From the NCBI GenBank assembly GCA_003221615.1, contig QHSQ01000140.1:15000-78999 (forward strand): a stretch of DNA of 64,000 bases. Reading direction: 5' to 3'. The DNA comes from Candidatus Rokuibacteriota bacterium. GTDB lineage: Bacteria > Methylomirabilota > Methylomirabilia > Rokubacteriales > CSP1-6. The notes beneath the pieces were generated by a model. It saw only the letters and a program-made list of their open reading frames with translations. It ran no database searches and had not been told where the DNA came from. Shown in pieces: positions 38,597 to 48,574 of the stretch; position 1 is the first letter of the stretch; the number at the start of each line of letters is the position of its first letter. The position numbers and the translations under genes were made by a program.

Positions 38597-39595
38597 ATGG
38601 GTGACGTGGGCCTCATGGGCATGCACGTGCCAGGCATGTCGTGGCGGGAGATGCGGGAGGCGGCGGTCCTGGCCGAGGAGCTCGGCTACAGCTGCCTCAC
38701 GATGGGCGAGTCGTGGGGCGAAGACGCGCTGACGTCCCTGGCTCAGCTCGCGGCCGCGACCTCGCGCGTCCGCATCGGGACCAGCATCGTGCCGGTCTTC
38801 GCGCGCTCGCCGGCGAATCTCGCGATGACGGCGCTGAACATGGACCGCATGACCGGCGGGCGGTTTTTCCTGGGCCTCGGCACCAGCGGCCGTCTCGTGA
38901 TCGAGGACTTTCACGGCGAGAACTTCGCCAAGCCGCTGACGCGGATGCGCGAATACATCGACATCATCCGCAAGGCCGCGCGCGGCGAGCGGCTCGACCA
39001 CGACGGCGAGTTTTTCCACACCAAGCGCTTCCAGCTCCGCTTCACGCCGCACCGGGCGAGCCTGCCCATCTACATCGCCGCGCTGAGCCCGCCGAGCCTG
39101 CGGCTCACCGGTGAGCTCGCCGACGGCTGGCTGCCGATCTTCCTGGCACCCTCGCGCATGGCGGCCGCCGTGGTGGAGCTGAAAGCCGGTGCTGCGGCCG
39201 CGGGCCGGAGCCTTCGCGACATCGCCATCTCGCCGCAGGTGTCGATCTACGTCAGCGACGATGTGGCGGCGGCTCGCGACCGCGAGCGGCCGCACATCGC
39301 CTTCTACATCGGCGGCATGGGCGTGTTCTATCACCAGTACATGCACCGCATCGGCTTCGGCGCCGACGCCGACCGCGTGCGCGAGGCGTTTCAGGCGCGC
39401 CAGCGCGACCGGGCTGCGGAGCTGGTCACCGACGAGATGGTCGACGCGATGACGATCCTCGGCACGCCCAAGCAGTGCCACGATCAGATCCAGCGGTTCT
39501 TCGATGCCGGCGTGCAGGAGGTCAGGCTCGTCTTCAATGAGCCGAACAAAGACGCCTATCTGAAGGCGCTTCGGGCGGTCGCGCCCCGCGGCTAG
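38597..39595 (+). CDS. LLM class oxidoreductase (F420-dependent-like)
   Basis: GESWGEDA, RIGTSI, GGRFFLGLGTSG, GELADGW. Confidence 0.9.
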   Translation: MGDVGLMGMHVPGMSWREMREAAVLAEELGYSCLTMGESWGEDALTSLAQLAAATSRVRIGTSIVPVFARSPANLAMTALNMDRMTGGRFFLGLGTSGRLVIEDFHGENFAKPLTRMREYIDIIRKAARGERLDHDGEFFHTKRFQLRFTPHRASLPIYIAALSPPSLRLTGELADGWLPIFLAPSRMAAAVVELKAGAAAAGRSLRDIAISPQVSIYVSDDVAAARDRERPHIAFYIGGMGVFYHQYMHRIGFGADADRVREAFQARQRDRAAELVTDEMVDAMTILGTPKQCHDQIQRFFDAGVQEVRLVFNEPNKDAYLKALRAVAPRG

Positions 39596-39805
39596 GGCAG
39601 TCCAGGTACGGGATTTCCCTGGTGTTGAGTCGGGGGAGATCCCTGATTGGCGGGTAAGCGCGACCTCGCTAGCATTTGCGAGATGATAAAGGCGCCCGTG
39701 CGTGAAGATGCGGATCTACCCCGGGGTGCGTATGGCTCCGATGCCGACCGCACTCTCCCGGACAAGGAGAGGTCTGGTATCGTGGGCCGTTCCGAGAGCC
39801 GTTCG

Positions 39806-40480
39806 ATGGGCGATCGTGTCAGCGCGGCCATCGATCAGGGCGGTGTGCCGCAGCTCTTGCGGCGTGGCCTGAACCGGCTGACGTCGCCGTGGGTCGAGTT
39901 CGGCAGCGTGACTTTTTTTCGGCGGCGGTTGGACGGGGGGCCCGAAGTGGCCCGGGCCCGGGCGGGGCTCTCGGTGCTCCATGCCTCGCTCGCCGATATT
40001 GCGCTGGTGCTGGAAGTTTCCGACCCGCGTCGAACACCCGGGATGGTGCAAGAGCGGCTGCGCCGCGGCGATCTGTGCTTTCTCGCGCTGGATGCGGCGG
40101 GCCGCCCCGTCCACTCCGGCTGGGCGACGACGCAGGGTGCGCATGTCCCGGAGCTGGAGCGCGACGTCGTGTTGCGGCGGGATGAAGCGTACCTGTACGA
40201 TGCCTTCACCCCGCCGATGCGGCGCGGTAACGGAGCCTTCGGCTTCGTCCTCGATCATCTCTTCGCCGCGCTCCAGGAGCGGGGCGCGCGCGTCGTGTAT
40301 TCGTACGTCCGCAGCGATGATCCCAAGGGCCAGCGCGCGGCCTGCGTGCGACTGCGTCCGGTCGGCACCCTCGCCTACGTTCGCCTGTACGGTCGAGCGC
40401 CACTGGTATACGGCAGGTCGAGGGGTGCGATGCCCACGCTCATCAGGGGCGTCGTCGGGAATGCGCAGCCGCCCGGATGA
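39806..40480 (+). CDS. GNAT-like acetyltransferase
   Basis: AYLYDAFTPPMRRGNG acetyl-CoA motif A; start uncertain (39647-39806). Confidence 0.7.
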   Translation: MGDRVSAAIDQGGVPQLLRRGLNRLTSPWVEFGSVTFFRRRLDGGPEVARARAGLSVLHASLADIALVLEVSDPRRTPGMVQERLRRGDLCFLALDAAGRPVHSGWATTQGAHVPELERDVVLRRDEAYLYDAFTPPMRRGNGAFGFVLDHLFAALQERGARVVYSYVRSDDPKGQRAACVRLRPVGTLAYVRLYGRAPLVYGRSRGAMPTLIRGVVGNAQPPG

Positions 40481-41245
40481 ACACCCTCTTCTAGCCCCGA
40501 CGGGAAGGCAAGGCTACGTCTCCCACGCGCCCGCGCAGCGTCAGACTCCTGTTCTTCAATCTGGCCCTGGCGCTGGTCGCCGCCTCGATCCCTTGCCTGG
40601 CGGCCGAGGCCGTCCTTCGCCTGCTCGCGTTCCCATCGAACACGCCGGGGCTACCCTCCACGAGCTGGCGCAACTCAAGGAGCTCGGCCTGGCGTTCCAC
40701 CCAGACGTGGTCGTGGTCGGCTTTTTCTACAACGACGTCGAGCTCTCGACCGCGCAGGGCCGTCGGCTCGCGCGGACGATCCCGGCCGCCGCCGGACCGC
40801 CCTCTCTTCCCCGTCGGGTGTGGTCGGACGTCGACGCCGGCGTCAGCGCCATGCAGCATCGGTCCCTCCTCTACGCGTGGGTCGCCTCGCACCTGGGCGC
40901 GGCGATCCGGCAGTTGGGCGCCAAGGGATTCGGGCAGGTAGGGAAGATCAACGATCAGTATGTCGACACCAATCAGAACTGGCAGCTGACGCGGGCGGCG
41001 CTCCTCGAGATGAAGCGCCTGTGCGAGCAGCGCGACATCCGGGCTTCTGTCGGGCTCAGTCGATCACGTGCCTGGACCTGCTCACGGCCTTCTGGGGTCT
41101 GGACGGGACGAAGTTCTGGATCTCGCCGACCGACGGGCATCCGGATGCCCGTGGCCACCGCATCATCGCCGAAGCCCTCGCCAGGTTCCTGGTCCCGCTG
41201 CTCCGGCCACGCTCGGTCGGCGTCCCGCCCTACGCAGCGCGCTGA
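40477..41245 (+). pseudogene. membrane-anchored SGNH/GDSL hydrolase pseudogene
   Basis: ATG 40477 with in-frame TAG at codon 6; TM anchor LALALVAASIPCLAAEAVLRL; block III GFFYND and block V DGHP lie in other frames; GDS block absent. Confidence 0.75.
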
Positions 41246-41290
41246 GGCCGCCCCCTCCACGCCTCTCGGCGCCCACGGAGGGACGGATCC

Positions 41291-42163
41291 CTAGGCCCGA
41301 AGAGCGAAGAAGCCCCGGATCAACTCGGCGATCTGGGCCCCGGCCTCATCGAGCGCGAAATGTCCGGCGTCCAGCAGATGCACCTCGGCCTCCGGCAGGT
41401 CCTCGCCGTAGGCCAGCGCGCCGGCGACGGTGAACGAAAGGTCGTGCTTCCCCCACACGACGAGGGTCGGCGGCTGGTGCTGCCGAAGGTAGGCTTGCCA
41501 TCGCGCATACGAGGCGACATTGGAGCGGTAATCGTGGAAGAGCTCCAGCTGGATGTCGATCATGCCCGGTCGACTCAGGAACGCGTATTCGCTCTCCCAG
41601 GTCTCCGGATCGATCCGCTCGGGGTGCGGGCTCTTGCCCACGTGCCGTTGCCTGGTGGCCTCGAACGACAGGAGGTTCGTGCGCACCGCGGCCTCATGCG
41701 CCGCCCGGTCGGCCCAGAACGCTCGACGCGGCGCCCAGAGATCCGACAGCCCCTGGGCGTGGGCGACGGCGTTCTGCACGATCAGCGCCTGCACGCGCTC
41801 GGGGTGGGCCAGGGCGAGACGGAACCCGATCGGGCCGCCATAGTCTTGCAGGTAGAGGGTGTAGCGGTCGGCCCGTTGCTGCTCCAGGAAGTGGTCGACG
41901 ATCTCCGCCAGGTGGTCGAAGGTATACAGGAACACGTCCGGTGCCGGCGCGGCGCTACGGCCGAACCCTGGATAGTCCGGCGCCAGCAGATGGAACCGGT
42001 CGGCCAGACGTGGAATCAGCTCGCGGAACATCACCGACGAGGACGGAAACCCATGCAAGAGGACGAGCGTCGGGTTCTGTGCGTCGCCGGCCTCCCGGTA
42101 GAAAATGCTGAGGCCGTCGATCGTCACCGTCCGGTGCCTGACCGTCGTGCCGCCCATGGTCAC
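41291..42163 (-). CDS. alpha/beta hydrolase (epoxide hydrolase/haloalkane dehalogenase-like)
   Basis: LLHGFPSSS, PDYPGFG, QDYGGP, AGHFA. Confidence 0.92.
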   Translation of the reverse strand: MTMGGTTVRHRTVTIDGLSIFYREAGDAQNPTLVLLHGFPSSSVMFRELIPRLADRFHLLAPDYPGFGRSAAPAPDVFLYTFDHLAEIVDHFLEQQRADRYTLYLQDYGGPIGFRLALAHPERVQALIVQNAVAHAQGLSDLWAPRRAFWADRAAHEAAVRTNLLSFEATRQRHVGKSPHPERIDPETWESEYAFLSRPGMIDIQLELFHDYRSNVASYARWQAYLRQHQPPTLVVWGKHDLSFTVAGALAYGEDLPEAEVHLLDAGHFALDEAGAQIAELIRGFFALRA

Positions 42164-42264
42164 TGGCCGTTACGACGCCGGATCCCGCGCCCGGGATTCC
42201 GGGCGCGGTGGTCCTGATGCTACAGTGTGGCGCTCGGACGGAGCCATCACCGGCGAGGTGATCC

Positions 42265-43281
42265 ATGAAATTCGGTCTCTACAGCTCGATCGCGAATCCC
42301 CCACGGGGCGAGGATCTCGATCGCTGCATCGACGAAGTCATCGCCGAGGCGCAGCTCGCGGAGGCGAGCGGCTTCGACTCGTGCTTCTTCGGCGAGCATC
42401 ATCAGGACCACGACGGCTTTCTGCCCTCGCCGCTCATCGTCGCTACCGCCGTGGCCGCGCGTACGCAGCGTCTTCGCGTCGGCACCTCGGTGATCCTGTT
42501 GCCGCTGCACCATCCGGTGCACGTGGCCGAGGACGCGATCACGCTCGATCTCGTCTCCAGGGGCCGCCTCATCCTCGGCGTCGGCATCGGCTACCAGCCG
42601 GCCGACTTCCGCGCCTTCTCGGTGCCCATGGAGCACCGCATGGGTCTGTTCGAGGAGAGCGTCGAGATCCTGCGCCTGTGCTGGGCGGGCGAGACGTTCT
42701 CGTACCGGGGCAAGCACTACACGCTCGAGGACGTGCAGATTCGTCCTCGGCCGTACCAGGCCTCCGGTCCGCCGCTCTGGTTCGGCGCCAGCGTGCCGGC
42801 GGCGGCCCGCCGCGCGGGTCGGCTCGCCGATGGATTCGTGGGGACGCCCAGCACCGGCCTCGCGAACGCGACGCAGCTCGCCGACGTCTACAAGGACGCG
42901 GCCGCGAAGGCCGGGCGAGCGGCCGACGTCATCCAGATGCGGGACGCGTGGGTGGCTCGCACCCGGGCCGAGGCCGACCTCGTGTACGGCCCGCATGTGA
43001 TGGCCGCCTATCGGTACTACTGGGAGGCCCGGCTGGCGGAGTTCCAGAACATGCCCGCCGATACGAAGTTCAGCCTGGAGAACCTGGCGCCCGACCGTCT
43101 GATCCTCGGCGATCCCGAGACGTGCGTGCGGGAATTCCACCGCTGGCACCAGGCCACGGGCGCCAGCACGTTCCTGCTGCGGCTGCGCCACGCCCATTCG
43201 GGCGGACCCCCGCACGAGAAGATCCTGGCGGCGATCCGGCTCTTCGGCGAGCGGGTGCTGCCGTACTGCCGCGAGGGCTGA
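42265..43281 (+). CDS. LLM class flavin-dependent oxidoreductase
   Basis: GEHH, RVGTSV, DLVSRGRLILGVGIGY. Confidence 0.92.
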   Translation: MKFGLYSSIANPPRGEDLDRCIDEVIAEAQLAEASGFDSCFFGEHHQDHDGFLPSPLIVATAVAARTQRLRVGTSVILLPLHHPVHVAEDAITLDLVSRGRLILGVGIGYQPADFRAFSVPMEHRMGLFEESVEILRLCWAGETFSYRGKHYTLEDVQIRPRPYQASGPPLWFGASVPAAARRAGRLADGFVGTPSTGLANATQLADVYKDAAAKAGRAADVIQMRDAWVARTRAEADLVYGPHVMAAYRYYWEARLAEFQNMPADTKFSLENLAPDRLILGDPETCVREFHRWHQATGASTFLLRLRHAHSGGPPHEKILAAIRLFGERVLPYCREG

Positions 43282-43351
43282 AAACCCGCACCCTCCGAAG
43301 TTGACTGTCGTCTCGGCGTTTTGCTAGTGTCGGAACAGTGGGTGCGCGCGA

Positions 43352-44452
43352 GTGCGGCCCACGGCGTTCCTCGAGCTCACACGGATGATCCCTCCGGCGG
43401 ATCCGCTCGACGTAACCTTCGAGGTGGCGGCTCGAGCCCGCTTCGAGATCGTCGACCTGCGTACGCGCTTCTCGAGCGAGCACGCCGACGCCTTCGCGTC
43501 GTATCCGTGCTGCCTCTACTGGTCGGCCCACACGACGGCCGGCTTCCTCGACCGCAGCCTGGTCGCGCGCCTCGGTCCCGGTCGCGTTTCGAGCTACATC
43601 GAGACCCTGCGCCGGATCTTTCCCGAGGGCGCCGGCTACGCGCACGATCGCCTCGAGCGCCGGCGCGATCTCGACGCCGCGCAGCGCGCCGTCGAGCCGC
43701 GCAACGGCGACTCGCATCTGGCGTTCATCGCCGGTGGGCTCCGGCCGTGCGTGACACATCCCAACCGCGCGGACGAGCCGGTGTGCTTCGTCGATCTGGA
43801 CGGCGTCAACGAGGGCCGGCCCCGCCGTCGCCAGACGCGCGTGATCGGCTTCCATCGCGAGGTGGTGGCCGCGCAGACGCGCCTGCGGGTGCCGCTGTCG
43901 GGGCATCCGATCGACTCCATCAATCTGAAGGATCCCGCGCTCGGGCTCTCCGAGGAGCTCGCCGAGTTCGTCGCGAAGGCTGACGTCGGCAAGGGACGGC
44001 TCCACATCGCGCTCGGTCACGGCGAGCGCGACGCCGCGCTGACGATCAACGAGTTCGAGACCCTGCTGATGAAATACGACCTCGCGGCGGTGCTGCGTAA
44101 CCCGTTCCGATTCATGGCCGAGGAGACGCGGCAGGCGCTGGCCAACCCGCGCGCCGTGCCGGGCAAGGCGCTCGGCTATGCGCGTTACGACCTGGTCCGC
44201 GTGCTCAACACCGGCCTCAGCACCCTGGGATTGCGCGGCTCGTTGCTGGAACGGATCCTCGCCGCGACCCTGGCCGTTCCGGCCGCGCGCGTGTTCAGGG
44301 TCAGGCGGTCCATCAGCCTGCTGGTCGCGGAGACGGACCACGGCCGCCCGGCGCCGGTGGAGGGCGTCTATCAGAGCCCGATCCTGATCCAGTGGCGACG
44401 CGCGGCCCGCGACGTCCGCGAGCTCGACGTCACCCTGTACCGGCTGGAGTAA
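43352..44452 (+). CDS. hypothetical protein with tandem YjbQ/UPF0047-like domains
   Basis: HTTAG, YAHD, NGDSH, DLDG...R in the first half; LTINEFE and GVYQS in the second half; start may be 43385. Confidence 0.6.
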   Translation: MRPTAFLELTRMIPPADPLDVTFEVAARARFEIVDLRTRFSSEHADAFASYPCCLYWSAHTTAGFLDRSLVARLGPGRVSSYIETLRRIFPEGAGYAHDRLERRRDLDAAQRAVEPRNGDSHLAFIAGGLRPCVTHPNRADEPVCFVDLDGVNEGRPRRRQTRVIGFHREVVAAQTRLRVPLSGHPIDSINLKDPALGLSEELAEFVAKADVGKGRLHIALGHGERDAALTINEFETLLMKYDLAAVLRNPFRFMAEETRQALANPRAVPGKALGYARYDLVRVLNTGLSTLGLRGSLLERILAATLAVPAARVFRVRRSISLLVAETDHGRPAPVEGVYQSPILIQWRRAARDVRELDVTLYRLE

Positions 44453-44457
44453 GCGGC

Positions 44458-45066
44458 TCAGACGCCGGTGCCGAACCCTCCGGCGGTGCGGACCGTCGCC
44501 GCCTCACCGATGTGACCCGCGGAATGGAACAAGGCGATGCCGCTCAGCATCGCCGAGCGCGGCCGGCCCGGGAATGCCTTCACGATCTGCTCGGTTCGCA
44601 CGCCGAACGCGCCCTGATCGGCGGCGCGCTGGACGGCGTCGACGGCGACGGTACCCTCCCAATCTTGAGGTCTGAAGCCTGAGACCACCTCGCGCGTGCG
44701 GCGACCCACCGCGTCGCGATACTCGCGGAGCGCGCCGAGCTCGATCTGCCGCGTCACCTCGGTGACCTCGGCGCTGGTCATGCCGATGCCGAAGTCGCGC
44801 CGCGTGACCGCCAGACGCTTGGCCCAGCCTTCGTCGTCGAGGAGCTGCGTGCGCGCGCCCAGGATCGTGTTGATGAAGATGTCCTCGGCGCGGGCGATGT
44901 GCCACATGAGCCACGCCAGCGAGTTGAGATCCTCGCGCGGGCGGACGCGCATCTGCTCGTCGCTCAGGCTGGCGAACGTGCGCTCCGAGGCCGACATCTT
45001 GTTGCCGCCGACGGCGGCCGAGTGCATCGCGGCGTGCTGGTCCAGGAACATGTCACGAACGTCCAT
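44458..45066 (-). CDS. DinB/YfiT-like protein
   Basis: NSLAWLMWHIARAED and HSAGHIGE metal-binding His pattern; GGGAGG RBS. Confidence 0.82.
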   Translation of the reverse strand: MDVRDMFLDQHAAMHSAAVGGNKMSASERTFASLSDEQMRVRPREDLNSLAWLMWHIARAEDIFINTILGARTQLLDDEGWAKRLAVTRRDFGIGMTSAEVTEVTRQIELGALREYRDAVGRRTREVVSGFRPQDWEGTVAVDAVQRAADQGAFGVRTEQIVKAFPGRPRSAMLSGIALFHSAGHIGEAATVRTAGGFGTGV

Positions 45067-45083
45067 GGCTCCTCCCGATGGGT

Positions 45084-46049
45084 TCACGCCACGTCGCGCT
45101 GGCGCGTGGCGTTGTAGTTGGCGTCGTACCACCAGTCGAGGTACGCCGCGTAGGTGATGGGGGGATGCCGCGGAGGGTTGCCCGGCCCGTGGCATGTCGG
45201 CAGACACGCGATCTCCGTGTCGAGGTGCGGGCCCATGAAGTAGGGAATCGCGTAGCGTGGCCGGCCGACCGGCGGCAGCGCGCGATGCGGCGTCGACTTG
45301 AACCGGTGATTCGTCCAGCGCTGCATCATGTCACCCGAGTTCACCGCGAACGAGCCTGGAACGTACGGCACGTCGGTCCAGGTCCCGTCCGGCATGCGCA
45401 CCTGGAGCCCGGGCACCTCGCTCTGGGCGAGGAACGTCACGAAGTTCGCGTCCGTGTGCGGCGCGATGCCGAACTGGTTCGCCTCGGGGGCTACCGGCGG
45501 ATAGTGGGTGAGCCGGAAGCTGAACTGGCTCTCGGCGAAGGCGTCGTCGAAGGTGTCCGCCGGCAGGTCGAGCGCCGTCGCGCACAGGGGCAGGAGCTTG
45601 CGTCCCAGCGCGTCCACGGCGTCGGTGTAGGCGAGCACTGCTTCGCGAAAGCCCGGCAGATCCGCCGGCCAACGGTTGGGCCCGGCGAAGCGCCGACCGG
45701 TGCGCACGAGCGGATCGTCCGCCGGACGCTCGCGCTTCACGAAGAACGCCTCGTTCAGGTCGGGCTTGTTGTTGGCGTTCACGTCCGAGGTCCACACCGC
45801 GTAGCGCCCGAGCATCATGTAGCCGTTGTTGTGCTCGTTCATGCGTAACGCGAGCTTTCTGTCCATGGGCTGGGCGTGGAAGCGCCGGGCCTCGCCGAAC
45901 GTGTCGTCGATCAAGGCCTGCGGGATGCCGTGGTTGACGACGACGAAGAAGCCGACGTCCTCGAGCGCGCGCCCGAGCTCGGCCGCCGTGGCGGCGAATG
46001 CCCGCGGCCGCTCCGCGAGGTACGGACCCAGATCGATCACCGGGATCAT
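45084..46049 (-). CDS. isopenicillin-N-synthase family 2OG-Fe(II) oxygenase
   Basis: IPVIDLG, GFFVVVNHGI, APHTD, KSTPHR, RYAIPYF. Confidence 0.92.
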   Translation of the reverse strand: MIPVIDLGPYLAERPRAFAATAAELGRALEDVGFFVVVNHGIPQALIDDTFGEARRFHAQPMDRKLALRMNEHNNGYMMLGRYAVWTSDVNANNKPDLNEAFFVKRERPADDPLVRTGRRFAGPNRWPADLPGFREAVLAYTDAVDALGRKLLPLCATALDLPADTFDDAFAESQFSFRLTHYPPVAPEANQFGIAPHTDANFVTFLAQSEVPGLQVRMPDGTWTDVPYVPGSFAVNSGDMMQRWTNHRFKSTPHRALPPVGRPRYAIPYFMGPHLDTEIACLPTCHGPGNPPRHPPITYAAYLDWWYDANYNATRQRDVA

Positions 46050-46127
46050 GACGATGAGATAGCACCCCTGGACGCCTTTGACAACGAGCCGGGAGGGAGT
46101 TACGGTCCGGCGCACGGGAGGTGAGCC

Positions 46128-47255
46128 ATGGCCCACGGCAAGTTCAAGGTCCTCGATAGCGACATCCACATCATCGAGCCGCCTGACCTGTGGCCGCGGT
46201 ACATCGATCCGGCCTTCCGGGACCGCGCGCCGATCGGCCTCACGGAGGACGAAGGCGACTTGCGACTGGCCCACGACGGCAAGGGCTGGGGGCGGGTCGC
46301 GATCGACGCCGACCGCAGCCGGCGCCGGCAAGGAAAGAACTACGCCCTGAACCAGGAGCGCTGGAGACCGTACGCCGAGCGGGGCTGGACGTCGAAGGTG
46401 CAGCTCGAGGCGATGGACATCGAGGGCATCGACGTCGCGGTGGTTTACCCGTCCCGCGGACTCTTCGCCCTCACGATCCCCAACATGGATCCCCGGCTCG
46501 CCGCGGCCATGGCGCGCGCCTACAACGACTGGCTCCACGACTTCTGTCAGGAGAATCCGGAGCGCTTGCTCGGGGCCGGCATGATCTCGCCGTTCGACGT
46601 CGACGACGCGGTGGCCGAAGCCAGGCGCTGCGTCCGCGAGTTCGGTTTCCGGGCGATGTTCCTCAGGCCGAACGAGGTCAACGGACGCAACTGGCACGAT
46701 CCCTACTACGAGCCGCTCTGGGCCGCGCTCGAGGAGCTCGAGGTCCCGCTGGGCTTCCACGAGGGGTCGGGCTCGCAGCTCCGGCAGGTGGGCGAGCAGT
46801 TCGGCGCCAACACGATGCTGAAGCACATCTACTCCCATCCGGTCGAGCAGATGCTCACCGCCGGCGCCTTCTGCGCGGGCGGCATCCTCGAGCGCCATCC
46901 GCGGCTGCGCGTGGCCTTCCTCGAGGGCAACTGCAGCTGGGTGCCGTTCCTGCTCTGGCGCATGGACGAGCACTGGGAGTGGCTGGGTGACATCTACGCG
47001 CGCGAGCTGACGATGGCGCCGAGCGAATACTTCAAGCGGCAGTGCTTCGTCTCGGTCGAGTGCGACGAGGAGCCGGTCAAGCACGTCATCGATGCCATCG
47101 GTGACGATCGGATCGTCTTCTCGACGGACTTCCCACACGGCGACTCGAAATTCCCCCGGGCGGTCGAGTCGTTCCTCCGGTTGCCGATCTCCGACGAGAG
47201 CAAGCGCAAGATCCTCTGGGACAACTGCGCCGCGTACTACGGGTTCCCGTCCTGA
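46128..47255 (+). CDS. amidohydrolase family protein
   Basis: DSDIHIIEP, AYNDW, STDFPHGD. Confidence 0.9.
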   Translation: MAHGKFKVLDSDIHIIEPPDLWPRYIDPAFRDRAPIGLTEDEGDLRLAHDGKGWGRVAIDADRSRRRQGKNYALNQERWRPYAERGWTSKVQLEAMDIEGIDVAVVYPSRGLFALTIPNMDPRLAAAMARAYNDWLHDFCQENPERLLGAGMISPFDVDDAVAEARRCVREFGFRAMFLRPNEVNGRNWHDPYYEPLWAALEELEVPLGFHEGSGSQLRQVGEQFGANTMLKHIYSHPVEQMLTAGAFCAGGILERHPRLRVAFLEGNCSWVPFLLWRMDEHWEWLGDIYARELTMAPSEYFKRQCFVSVECDEEPVKHVIDAIGDDRIVFSTDFPHGDSKFPRAVESFLRLPISDESKRKILWDNCAAYYGFPS

Positions 47256-47261
47256 GCCGGT

Positions 47262-47378
47262 GGAGTGCGCGCTGCAGGCCGTCGCGGGGCTGGGGCCCCG
47301 CCGGCCGAGGCGCGCCTAAAGATGGAGTGCGCGCTGCAGGCCGTCGCGGGGCTGGGGCCCCGCCGGCCGAGGCGCGCC
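47262..47378 (+). repeat. two tandem REP-like hairpins (period 62 bp)
   Basis: GGAG-TGCGCGCTGCAGGCCGTCGCGGGGCTGGGGCCCCGCCGGCCGAGGCGCGCC twice, identical. Confidence 0.92.
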
Positions 47379-47402
47379 TTAAAAAGTCGTGAGGAGGGTG
47401 CG

Positions 47403-48548
47403 ATGACCTCGTACAAGCTCATCTCGGCCGATTCGCACATCGTCGAGCCGCCGGACCTCTACACCAACCGGATCGAGTCCAGGTTCAAGGACCGGGCGCC
47501 GCGCCTGGAGCGGCTGGAAACGCCCAAGGGCCGTAAGTTCGACGCGTGGGTCATAGACGGACAGCAGGTCGGCACTCTCGGTGCCGTGATGCAGGCCGGC
47601 CAGCGGTTCGAGGATCCTTCGCAGATCGACTTCCTGGGGATGTGGGAGGACGTCCGGCTCGGCGCGTACGATCCCCAGGCGATGGTGAAGGAGAACGAGA
47701 TGGACGGCGTGTGGGGCTCGTGCCTGCAGCCGAGTCAGGGCCTCTTCTGGTATCGCATCCCCGATAGCGAGCTCCTCACCGCCATCTGCCGCGTCTACAA
47801 CGACTGGATCGCCGACTTCTGCAAGCCGTTTCCCGACCGGCTCAAGGGCATCGCGATGCTCAACGTCGACGACGTCGAGGAGGCTTCGCAGGAGCTCGAG
47901 CGCTGCGCGCGGCTCGGGCTGGTCGGCGCCTTCATCCCGGTCTCGCCGCTGGCCGACCGGCCGTATCGCCACGCGATCTACGACCGCCTCTGGTGGACGG
48001 CGCAGGACGTCGGGATGCCGCTCCTGATGCACATCGGCACCCCGCGCGGCGGCATCCCGGGCTGCGAGTTCACGATGAACCTCGGCGAGCTCACCGGCGC
48101 GGGCCGCTCGACCACCGATTACTGGGTGCGCTACTCGCTGGGGGCGATGATTTTCGCCGGAGTCTTCGACCGCTATCCGCGGCTCAAGGTCGGCTCGGTC
48201 GAGCACGAAGCCGCGTGGATTCCTCACTGGCTCAAGCAGATGGACTTCACGTATCGCGAGCGGCCGGTGTTCACGAAGGGCTGGCGGTCGAAGGAGGGGC
48301 TCCTGCCGAGCGACTACTGGCGCCGCAACATGTTCGTGGAGTTCATGGAAGACGATCTCGGCATCCAGATGCGCGACACGATCGGCGTCGACAACATGCT
48401 CTGGGGCAGTGACTTCCCACATGCCGAGTCGACGTGGCCGAAGTCGCGCGATTTCCTGGCCCGCATCTTCGCCGGCGTTCCCGAGCAAGATCTGAAGAAG
48501 GTCACCTCGGAGAACGCAGCCCGCCTGTTCGGCTTCAAGCTGAACTAG
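47403..48548 (+). CDS. amidohydrolase family protein
   Basis: ISADSHIVEP, YNDW, WGSDFPHAES; GAGGAGG RBS. Confidence 0.9.
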   Translation: MTSYKLISADSHIVEPPDLYTNRIESRFKDRAPRLERLETPKGRKFDAWVIDGQQVGTLGAVMQAGQRFEDPSQIDFLGMWEDVRLGAYDPQAMVKENEMDGVWGSCLQPSQGLFWYRIPDSELLTAICRVYNDWIADFCKPFPDRLKGIAMLNVDDVEEASQELERCARLGLVGAFIPVSPLADRPYRHAIYDRLWWTAQDVGMPLLMHIGTPRGGIPGCEFTMNLGELTGAGRSTTDYWVRYSLGAMIFAGVFDRYPRLKVGSVEHEAAWIPHWLKQMDFTYRERPVFTKGWRSKEGLLPSDYWRRNMFVEFMEDDLGIQMRDTIGVDNMLWGSDFPHAESTWPKSRDFLARIFAGVPEQDLKKVTSENAARLFGFKLN

Positions 48549-48574
48549 GCCCGCGGCTCGAGCGCGAGAGCGGC

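Noticed and set aside
45084-47138. 684-aa ORF and similar long extensions (11023-12888, 8589-10286, 1903-3996, 15261-17327)
   Set aside because: Stop-poor shadow or alternate frames typical of high-GC DNA; real starts with motifs and RBS lie inside or on the other strand
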